Positions 57,014-64,000 of a DNA stretch of 64,000 nt are shown piece after piece (position 1 is the first letter of the stretch; each line of letters opens with the position of its first letter). Location of the stretch: the NCBI GenBank assembly GCA_045536725.1, contig JAZSOC010000034.1:17228-81227 (forward strand), written 5' to 3'. Under the pieces are notes generated by a model. It worked only from the letters and a program-made list of their open reading frames with translations, did no database searches and was not told the origin of the DNA. The position numbers and the translations under genes were made by a program. This stretch comes from Candidatus Nanosyncoccus sp. Lineage in GTDB: Bacteria; Patescibacteriota; Saccharimonadia; Saccharimonadales; Saccharimonadaceae.

Positions 57014-59659
57014 TTAAATCACCTCTAATTGCTTCTTGAGGTCCGCAATCAGCTTCTCTTTTTCAGCGATAGCATCACGCGTCTCTTTCACTAACCCCGC
57101 TGGCGCCCGCTCCACATAGCTAGGATTCATCATTCGGGCATTTAAGCCATCTAGCTCCCGCCCTACGGAGAGAATCCGCTCCTCTAATCCTTTACGATAC
57201 TTCGCTACCACCTTAGCATCCACATCTAAGTATAAATCATGATTAGCTAACGCTAAGCGCAAACCTCTTGGCTGTCCTTCACACGGATTTACCGCTGAAA
57301 GTCGTCCCAAATACTGCACTAGCAAAGTATTATCGTTCACTAGGGAATCATCGCCATACAGTAATTCTAATTTACCCTTAGTAAGCTTTGAGAGCGCCTG
57401 TGAGGTGGTTCTCACTTCAGACACGACAAGCTGCAATCTATCAAAATTCTCCGCCGAAATCGGGTCGTATGACATCTCAGAAGGCCATTCTCCGCTTGCT
57501 AGCATCCCCTCCGTCCAAGATAAATTCTGCCAAATCGCCTCCGTCACGAACGGTGCAAACGGATGGAGCATTGCAAGGATTGTCTCTAATGTCGCCCTCA
57601 GTAGTGGAATATTCTTATAGATCTTCTGACTCTCTAAGAACCAATCCGCATACTTATCCCAAATCGTTGAATATAGCACTTCCACCGCCTCAGAGAAACG
57701 ATACTCAGCCATATCTTGTTCCACCATCTTCCGGCAACGGTCTAGCTCCCGACAAATCCAGTCCTCACCCATATTCAAGGTTGTATACTCAATCTGACCA
57801 GGATTCATCTTGTCAGAAGCTGTACTTTCTAAATCACCCTCTGGGTTAGTTAGTACCGTATCCACTTCCGCTTCAGAATAGCCTCTCTCAGAAACTTCTT
57901 CATCCACCAACGACTGCACAAAGCGCGAAATATTCCACAGCTTATTGCACAAGTTCCGGCCAGATACCACCGAGTTCTCCGAAAACGCTTGGTTCATTCC
58001 CGCAGAACGGCCACGTAAAATCCCAAGCCTCAGTGCATCTGAACCGTACTTAGACACCATCTCCATTGGATTAATCACGTTCCCCTTGGACTTGCTCATC
58101 TTCTTGCCATGCGCATCTAGCACCAAGCCGTGCAAGTATACCTCACGGAAAGGCACCTCACCAGTGACATATAGCCCCATCATAATCATCCGTGCCACCC
58201 ACGCAAATAAGATATCCGCCCCTGTCTCCATCACATTCAAAGGATAAAACGGGGAACCAACGCCTTCTTCCCAATCTGTGCACACGATTGGCCAATGTGA
58301 AGACGAAAACCACGTATCAAACGTATCTTCATCCCGTACGTATTTCCGTCCGCCTACTTCAATCTCAGACAGCTCCACCCGCGTATCGAATATCCACTCG
58401 CCAGTCTCTTCGCAGTAAAACATTGGAATCGGTATGCCCCACGGTATCTGCCGTGAAATATTCCAATCCTTCAATCCAGAAAGGTAATTAATCAAAATCT
58501 TTTCCTTAGAAGCAGGGAAGAACTTAATTTCACCAGCCTCGAGATGTTCTATTGCTATCTTCGCCAGCTTTTCCGTATCGATAAACCACTGCTCCATGAG
58601 GAGTGGCTCAATCACCGTCCCACATTTATAACAATGCGCTACTGAGTGAACAATCTCTTTTTCACCCCTAAGTAAATCTTGTTCTTTCAAATCATGCAAG
58701 ACTTTCTTTCTACACTCAGCGGTAGAAAGTCCAGCATATTCCGGCCCACATACTGGCAACATTTTTCCATCAAAGCCAATCACTGTCACTCTCGGTAAAT
58801 CATGCCGCTCGCCCACCTCAAAGTCATCATAATCATGCGCTGGCGTAATCTTCACCGCCCCTGTCCCATACTCCATATCTGCATGTTCATCAGCTACAAC
58901 AGGAATCTCACGGTCTGTCAAGGGGAGATGCACCGTCCTACCAATTAAATCCTTGTAGCGCGAATCTTCTGGATTCACCGCCACTGCTGTATCACCAAAT
59001 AATGTCTCTGGCCGCGTTGTGGATACAATTATTTCACCCCCGTCATAAGTATAGGCAATATCCCAAAGGTGGCCCTTTTCATCCACATGTTCCACCTCAA
59101 TATCCGCAAAGGCCGTCTGATGCTTCGTACAATAGTTTACCAGCTTTTCACCCCTATAAACCATCCCATCCTTCCACATCTTTTCAAAGGTAGCATACAC
59201 CCGGCGCACGACATTCTCATCTAGTGTAAAAGTCAGATCTGGCCAAGCACAGGACGCACCCAATGCCCGCACTTGGAGCTCCATATTGCCACGCTGCTCC
59301 TGTACAAAGTCCCACACCCGTGCATATAATTCTTCCCGTGGATAATCAAAGCGCGTCTTCCCCTGAGCCTCCAGCGCCCTCTCATATACCACCCAGGTCT
59401 CAAACCCAGCATGATCCGCCCCTGGCACATACCAAGTATCTCGCCCACGCAAACGGTAATAGCGCGTCAAAGAGTCCTCTACTGCAATCGTCAGCCCATG
59501 CCCAATATGCAAGTTGCCATTCGCATTTGGCGGTGGCATCACAATGCTATACTTCTTCTCCAAAGAAGATGCAGGCTTATCGAAAACCCCCGCCGCCTCC
59601 CAGGCTGCATAAATATCTATTTCAAACTCCCCCGGCTCATACGCACTCGCAAATTTCAT
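57014..59659 (-). CDS. valS: Valyl-tRNA synthetase
   Basis: About 881 aa with PPPNANGNLHIGH, KMSKSKGN, an editing domain, and a C-terminal coiled coil. The start is probably MKFASAY (59659) with a ggag SD. The ORF-track TTG start is at 59671. Confidence 0.95.
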   Translation of the reverse strand: MKFASAYEPGEFEIDIYAAWEAAGVFDKPASSLEKKYSIVMPPPNANGNLHIGHGLTIAVEDSLTRYYRLRGRDTWYVPGADHAGFETWVVYERALEAQGKTRFDYPREELYARVWDFVQEQRGNMELQVRALGASCAWPDLTFTLDENVVRRVYATFEKMWKDGMVYRGEKLVNYCTKHQTAFADIEVEHVDEKGHLWDIAYTYDGGEIIVSTTRPETLFGDTAVAVNPEDSRYKDLIGRTVHLPLTDREIPVVADEHADMEYGTGAVKITPAHDYDDFEVGERHDLPRVTVIGFDGKMLPVCGPEYAGLSTAECRKKVLHDLKEQDLLRGEKEIVHSVAHCYKCGTVIEPLLMEQWFIDTEKLAKIAIEHLEAGEIKFFPASKEKILINYLSGLKDWNISRQIPWGIPIPMFYCEETGEWIFDTRVELSEIEVGGRKYVRDEDTFDTWFSSSHWPIVCTDWEEGVGSPFYPLNVMETGADILFAWVARMIMMGLYVTGEVPFREVYLHGLVLDAHGKKMSKSKGNVINPMEMVSKYGSDALRLGILRGRSAGMNQAFSENSVVSGRNLCNKLWNISRFVQSLVDEEVSERGYSEAEVDTVLTNPEGDLESTASDKMNPGQIEYTTLNMGEDWICRELDRCRKMVEQDMAEYRFSEAVEVLYSTIWDKYADWFLESQKIYKNIPLLRATLETILAMLHPFAPFVTEAIWQNLSWTEGMLASGEWPSEMSYDPISAENFDRLQLVVSEVRTTSQALSKLTKGKLELLYGDDSLVNDNTLLVQYLGRLSAVNPCEGQPRGLRLALANHDLYLDVDAKVVAKYRKGLEERILSVGRELDGLNARMMNPSYVERAPAGLVKETRDAIAEKEKLIADLKKQLEVI

Positions 59660-59724
59660 TAAAAACTCCAAATTAACCCACTAATTACTACAATTTTACC
59701 ATATTTTCCCTAGACTCGCCACCC

Positions 59725-60102
59725 CTATACCAGCGCCAGCTTCTCTCTAATCTCTTCCATCTCTTCAGGAGTTAACTTCACCTCGCGCCCATGCGTCCAG
59801 GTCTCATCATACGGCATCAGATGAATATGCGCATGTGGCACATCCGTCCCAATCACTTTCCAGAGCGTCCTCGTCCCCAGCACCTTCTCCATATTCACCG
59901 ACAACTTCTTCGCCGTCTGTAGTAGCGCTACATAATCTTCCTCTGGCAATTCATAAATTTTATCGCATTCTAGCTTTGGAATCACCAGCGTATGCCCAGC
60001 CGTCTCCGGATGAATATCTAAGAACGCAAAAGTCTTCTCGTCCTCATAAATTTTATAGCAAGGGATCTCACCCTTAATAATCTTCGTAAAAATACTCGCC
60101 AT
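59725..60102 (-). CDS. HIT family (HinT-like) hydrolase
   Basis: IFTKIIKGEIP N-terminus and the histidine triad HAHIHLMP. The ATG at 60102 has an aaggag SD. The ORF-track GTG start is at 60108. Confidence 0.85.
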   Translation of the reverse strand: MASIFTKIIKGEIPCYKIYEDEKTFAFLDIHPETAGHTLVIPKLECDKIYELPEEDYVALLQTAKKLSVNMEKVLGTRTLWKVIGTDVPHAHIHLMPYDETWTHGREVKLTPEEMEEIREKLALV

Positions 60103-60434
60103 ATTCACTCCTTTCCTCCATTATATCATTTACTGAGTAATTCCTATATGAGTAGTCAGAAGACAATGTCCTCACTGCACGCAAGCTATAAGTATAGGTA
60201 TAGTCAGCGCACTCCATATTAATAGACACAGGCTGATCATCTGCACCGTAAGAAATCGCCGAGCCTTCATCAGGTAATAGCTCAAATTAACACCTTCCAA
60301 CCTTTCTTCGTAGATGAAGTAGGCATAGCAGGAGCAATATTTTCCCTCACGTTCGCACGAAAAGCCGCTTCATAGTTATCACCTTCACCCATACCTATAT
60401 TTACTTTTATTTTTCAAGTGAAAGGCCAGTAACT

Positions 60435-60463
60435 TAGCAAAAGCACCTGAACAAAGTTCGAAC
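60435..60463 (-). repeat. Degenerate tRNA 3'-end-like fragment G
   Basis: tagcaaaagcacctgaacaaagttcgaac aligns with fragment C (gtgcctggacgaagttcgaaac), about 17/22 over the T-arm-like part. Confidence 0.4.
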
Positions 60464-60559
60464 TATAGCCTTACAAAACCCCGAACGCCATCTCAGAAAC
60501 GAAGCCCTCATGGAACACGTATACCTTAGTACGAGAGCTTTTCGTGCTACAATGAACTT

Positions 60560-61237
60560 ATGGACAGATTAAAAAAAGCGCGGGAACTGAGTAGTAAGAT
60601 TCTAGAAAGCGATGGCTCTGGCCACGGAATAGATCACACTAACAGGGTCATAAAATTATCTTTAAAATTCGCTAAGGAAGAATCAGCTAATTCCGAAATT
60701 GTATCTTTAATAGCCCTACTGCATGATATGGATGATTATAAATTGTTCGGCACGGAATTTGCTGAAAATCTCACTAACGCCAGAAAAATTCTAGATGATT
60801 GCGGTTTTGATGAAGCGACAAAGGAACAAGTTACCCAAGCTATTAAAGCCATCGGCTATAGTAAAAGACTGCAAGGTATATATCCTGCCACAATTGAAGG
60901 TAAAATTGTGTCAGATGCCGATATGTGCGACGGCATGGGAGCCACTGGCATACTCCGTAGTTTCCAATACCAGATAGCTCATCATGGCGCCTTCTTTGAT
61001 CGAAATACTTATCCAAATTTAGACATGTCAGCGACTGAGTACAAAACTAAAAGTGATGGTACATCCGTCAACCATATCTTTGAAAAAATCTTAAGGCTAA
61101 AAGATTTAATGCTAACAGAGTCTGGTCGAAAAGAGGCTATAAAAAGACACGATTTTGTGGTTGACTTTCTCTATCATTTCTTTGAAGAAGAAAACACCCC
61201 AGAATGGATTGAATACCTAGAAAACTACCTAAAATAA
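60560..61237 (+). CDS. HD-domain phosphohydrolase
   Basis: It carries HGIDHTNRV and LLHDMDD motifs. The promoter is leaderless: TGCTACAAT at 60545-60553, 6 nt, then ATG. Confidence 0.65.
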   Translation: MDRLKKARELSSKILESDGSGHGIDHTNRVIKLSLKFAKEESANSEIVSLIALLHDMDDYKLFGTEFAENLTNARKILDDCGFDEATKEQVTQAIKAIGYSKRLQGIYPATIEGKIVSDADMCDGMGATGILRSFQYQIAHHGAFFDRNTYPNLDMSATEYKTKSDGTSVNHIFEKILRLKDLMLTESGRKEAIKRHDFVVDFLYHFFEEENTPEWIEYLENYLK

Positions 61238-61246
61238 ACCTTATCC

Positions 61247-61272
61247 TGGCGGAAGCGAAGGGATTCGCCTCC
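61247..61272 (-). repeat. tRNA-Ser(GGA) 3'-end-like fragment D
   Basis: Compare tggcggaagcgaagggattcgcctcc with the genuine tggcggaagcgagaggattcgaacctcc. Confidence 0.6.
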
Positions 61273-61377
61273 AAATATATCATTAAATATATCATTTTTC
61301 TAAACTAATACATACTTAATAAACAAAAAGCAAATCGCGACATGTGCGTGACTTGTTTTTCATACTAGTTTCTTTTT

Positions 61378-61415
61378 CGTTTGGACTTTTTCTTTTTAAA
61401 GAAAAAACCCAGTCG
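61378..61415. repeat. Hairpin family member H4 (short form)
   Basis: Arms cgtttggactttttcttt and aaagaaaaaacccagtcg. The right arm is homologous to 47470-47488 (agaaaaaacgcccagttgg). Confidence 0.5.
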
Positions 61416-61417
61416 TT

Positions 61418-61447
61418 TGGCGGAAATGTCTGGACGAATTTTGAACC
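61418..61447 (-). repeat. tRNA 3'-end-like fragment E
   Basis: tggcggaaatgtctggacgaattttgaacc aligns with fragments C and F. Confidence 0.6.
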
Positions 61448-61539
61448 AAATTACAGGATGTTTATATTTACAAAACGTAAGAAATATGCTATTATAAAAA
61501 TAGACCGTACCCTGTCATATTCAAAGGAGGTGAATACCT

Positions 61540-62118
61540 ATGGCAGTAACACAGAAAGTTGACGATCAGTTCTTTTTATTTACACGAATGATACTTGATT
61601 TCTGCGGATATCAATATACAAAAAGTGGCGAAATTACCCCAAGACAGCCCGCTAGCACTAGTTATGGCGACGTACACGGTGGGAACTGGCTTCCGTACAC
61701 ATTTCCAAGAGACAAGAACGCGTGCATTCAAATAATGTACGAAGAGGGAAACAACTATATCATCGCCCATCAAGATAAGCACTCCATATTTTTTGTCCAA
61801 GACGAGCTTATGAAAAGGGCTACCGACGCATGGTATATGGAGTTCCCAATTCTCAATTTTCACTATGAGCCTGGGGCTGAATCGTGGTTCTTCTGGAGAA
61901 GGCACGCCATGATTGGAAAGATTAACAAAAGCAAGCTTCGAGTATACCGCATATCTGATGATATCATAAATTTAGCAACAAATCTTGATGCTGAGCAACG
62001 CTTGTCGGTTGAAAATATGACCAAAGTTCTTGATTCTACAACCGATAAACCTCTTTCCGCACAAGAGTTAGAAGAAGAAATACCGGAAATCGTTAACTTC
62101 TTCCAACCGGGATATTGA
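61540..62118 (+). CDS. Hypothetical protein (AT-rich cassette gene)
   Basis: 192-aa ORF with SD aaggagg upstream and a terminator at 62133-62163. I recognised no motif. Confidence 0.5.
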   Translation: MAVTQKVDDQFFLFTRMILDFCGYQYTKSGEITPRQPASTSYGDVHGGNWLPYTFPRDKNACIQIMYEEGNNYIIAHQDKHSIFFVQDELMKRATDAWYMEFPILNFHYEPGAESWFFWRRHAMIGKINKSKLRVYRISDDIINLATNLDAEQRLSVENMTKVLDSTTDKPLSAQELEEEIPEIVNFFQPGY

Positions 62119-62132
62119 GCTGAGTTACATTA

Positions 62133-62163
62133 AAAAGAGCGGTCAATATGGCTGCTCTTTTTC
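62133..62163 (+). terminator. Rho-independent terminator
   Basis: Stem aaaagagc, a 13-nt loop, stem gctctttt, followed by a T-run. Confidence 0.55.
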
Positions 62164-62239
62164 CACATTCTTCTTAGCAGGGATAAAACTATATTAAAAA
62201 ACTTGTATCTTTTTCCTTGGCGTTTTATCTTTATCAAAA

Positions 62240-62269
62240 TGGCGGAAGCGTCTGGACGGAGTTCGAACC
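62240..62269 (-). repeat. tRNA 3'-end-like fragment F
   Basis: tggcggaagcgtctggacggagttcgaacc. The first 11 nt are identical to the tRNA-Ser(GGA) 3' end, then it follows the C/E-type sequence. Confidence 0.6.
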
Positions 62270-62288
62270 TTAATGCTAAAATAAGATT

Positions 62289-63323
62289 ATGAATAAATTT
62301 ACTGGAAGCTATGCTGAGTTTGGCGAATATCTCGCCAAAAAACTTGCGGAAAGAAACCACGATTTTGATACTCGCGTGAACAAGCGAACCCTAAATAAAC
62401 AACTCAAAATCTACAAAAAGTATTGGCCAGAACTTTTGGAAGAATCCAAAGCCGTTGCTCATTTTCTAAATATGCCCGAGGATGAGATTCTCTACGACGA
62501 AATTGCATCTACCATTGATAACCAAAAACGCCACGTCAAAAATGCTCACGACTCAAAGACTGACGCCTGCACAATTTTTGCTATTAAGGAAAATGGCAAA
62601 ACTTTTGTCGGTCGCAATTATGATTGGGACCCTTCGGCACGTAATTATTTTCAAAATTATGATTTAAAAATTGGCAATTCTTATCGTTATTTCGCTTTTT
62701 CTGATGAAGGAACTTACCCTCGTCATTACGGTCGTCGTACCTGGAAACTTTACATGGAAGATGCCATCAATGAACACGGGCTTTACATTGGTCTCACCGC
62801 TTCAAAACTACGTGAAAAATATTGGAATTATGGTTTTTCATCTTATCATATCATTCGTTATATTGCCGAACACTGCAAAACCACCAAAGAGGCATTAGCT
62901 ATCTTCCGCAAAATTCCTGTTGCTGTACCAAAAAACTTCTTAATTGCAGATAAATCTGGTGACATTGCCGTTATTGAACACGCCGCAAAAGATTACCGAA
63001 TTTTGCGCCCCAAAATTTTTGCCGACGCTGGATATATCATCCATACTAATCACTGTTTGTCGCCAGAATACAAAAAAGTTGACCCCATCCTCGAAAGCAA
63101 TCCACAGGCAAACACTTATCTTCGTTATGAAGAAGCCGACTATCTAATTCGCCAAGAACTACCAAACTACGATTTTACAGATACCGGCCGCATCCTCAGA
63201 AACTCTCACTATATCTATAGCGAAGACACTATTTGGTCACTTGCATTAGAACTTTCTGAACTTCATCTGACGTATTATCGTGATACCGCCGAAGGTCAAA
63301 AAGAACAAAAGTTATCCTTCTAG
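62289..63323 (+). CDS. Ntn-hydrolase (peptidase C45 / choloylglycine hydrolase-like)
   Basis: 344 aa. DACTIFAIKENGKTFVGRNYDWD fits a nucleophile Cys after a propeptide of about 90 aa. The promoter is leaderless: TGCTAAAAT at 62274-62282, 6 nt, then ATG. Confidence 0.5.
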   Translation: MNKFTGSYAEFGEYLAKKLAERNHDFDTRVNKRTLNKQLKIYKKYWPELLEESKAVAHFLNMPEDEILYDEIASTIDNQKRHVKNAHDSKTDACTIFAIKENGKTFVGRNYDWDPSARNYFQNYDLKIGNSYRYFAFSDEGTYPRHYGRRTWKLYMEDAINEHGLYIGLTASKLREKYWNYGFSSYHIIRYIAEHCKTTKEALAIFRKIPVAVPKNFLIADKSGDIAVIEHAAKDYRILRPKIFADAGYIIHTNHCLSPEYKKVDPILESNPQANTYLRYEEADYLIRQELPNYDFTDTGRILRNSHYIYSEDTIWSLALELSELHLTYYRDTAEGQKEQKLSF

Positions 63324-63408
63324 TGGCATAGTATCCCATATTATTATTCATCAACAAAAATAGAAGAATAAACTATCCATTTTTAATACCATAAAAAGGT
63401 AGTTTATC

Positions 63409-63723
63409 TTAATAGTTTGTTATTAAAACTTCTCTAGTTTCATTTTTATCTCTGTGTTTTGCATGATAACTTGAATTTGCGTAATTTTTGTCTATACTGT
63501 GTAAATTATACCCGCCTTTATCTATCCATTCTAAAAGTAAATCATTTTTTACTCCTTTATGGTAAGTTCCGTTTGATAGAGCAAATTTGATATACCTGCT
63601 ATCCAAATCATCTAAAATATCAAGAAGTTTCCTCCCATATATTTCGTTCCAACCTGTAAATCCTCTTTTATTGTAGACAAACCTGTAATTTATGATAAAA
63701 TACAAAAAGAACAATTCGTACAT
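63409..63723 (-). pseudogene. C-terminal remnant of a Dam-type (D12 class) N6-adenine DNA methyltransferase
   Basis: The 104-aa ORF ends ...KFALSN...RDKNETREVLITNY, typical of Dam C-termini. The DPPY region is degenerate and the SAM-binding N-half is missing. Confidence 0.5.
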
Positions 63724-63749
63724 TAAGTTTTTGTTAGGAGGTGATTAAT

Positions 63750-64000
63750 GTGTATCCAGCGATCAATACTAAAAACCAAGGATTTGATTTTTGCGGAATA
63801 GATCTCAGTGGCCCAAAGGCCATTCCACAGGCGCCAAATCCTGAATTTGATGATTACAATGCAAGCATTAGAGAAATCGTGATGGATTATCTAGAATACG
63901 ATTCAAATTCATATCCACATGACGACGTAGCATTAGCATTGAGATATGACTGCGAATTTGGTATCCATATTATTCTTTTTTCTAAAGTAATTAATCTATC
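63750..64000 (+). CDS. Hypothetical protein, 5' part (runs off the window)
   Basis: A GTG start lies 8 nt after aggagg, and the frame is open for 83 codons to the window end. It is absent from the ORF track because no stop lies in the window. Confidence 0.35.
   Translation, partial: MYPAINTKNQGFDFCGIDLSGPKAIPQAPNPEFDDYNASIREIVMDYLEYDSNSYPHDDVALALRYDCEFGIHIILFSKVINL

Noticed and set aside
60172-60270. 32-aa hydrophobic minus-strand ORF (MKARRFLTVQMISLCLLIWSALTIPILIACVQ) as a type I toxin candidate
   Set aside because: I found no SD, promoter or antisense RNA signature. At this length it could arise by chance in a 450-nt non-coding region.
61344-61562. 72-aa ORF
   Set aside because: It spans the H4 hairpin, tRNA-like fragment E, and the promoter and SD of the next gene. 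It is most likely non-coding.
1-64000. CRISPR arrays, rRNA genes, alternative genetic code (UGA recoding as in some CPR lineages)
   Set aside because: I saw no regularly spaced direct repeats and no rRNA-like sequence. TGA terminates well-supported genes at the expected lengths (mutM, orn), so the standard code 11 fits.

Overview
This is a 64-kb chromosomal segment from a compact, small-genome bacterium. Gene content suggests Patescibacteria/CPR, possibly Saccharibacteria-like: a T4SS_pilin-family gene, DUF2207, FemAB, an orphan PurE, many ATGA/TAATG-coupled genes, and the standard code with TGA used as stop. This taxonomic call is inference only. I count about 70 CDS (most on the minus strand) and 3 tRNAs (CAU Met/Ile2, Ser-UGA, Ser-GGA), with no rRNA and no CRISPR. 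The core content is housekeeping: hrcA-grpE, lepA, tilS, recA-nudix-recX, dinB, yebC, ruvB, ftsK, pnp, rpsO, truB, rpsT, holA, mutM, polA, dnaG-rpoD, mscL, argS-orn, pyrG, an ABC exporter, tsaD, valS. The main non-standard observations are as follows. (1) A roughly 115-nt imperfect palindromic element is inserted in frame, in the same orientation and reading frame, into two unrelated essential genes (polA and pyrG). The 70-nt cores are 57/70 identical and show two compensatory stem substitutions, an architecture like the Rickettsia palindromic elements (RPE). (2) A family of tRNA-Ser 3'-end-like fragments, often paired with a conserved hairpin, sits between AT-rich single-gene cassettes at 47.4-48.9 kb and 60.1-64 kb. 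One copy carries an 85-nt insertion in the T-loop position. (3) Promoters are pervasively leaderless (TGnTAnAAT, then 6-8 nt, then the start codon), and two tRNA genes have -10 boxes placed for leaderless transcription. (4) A large polytopic membrane protein operon, a VirB2-like pilin inside the dnaG-rpoD operon, and two paralogous surface proteins are present. (5) An antisense ORF with a GAAC-N4-GTTC palindrome occupies the rpsO-pnp spacer. Functional calls rest on motif recognition by eye, since no database search was possible.
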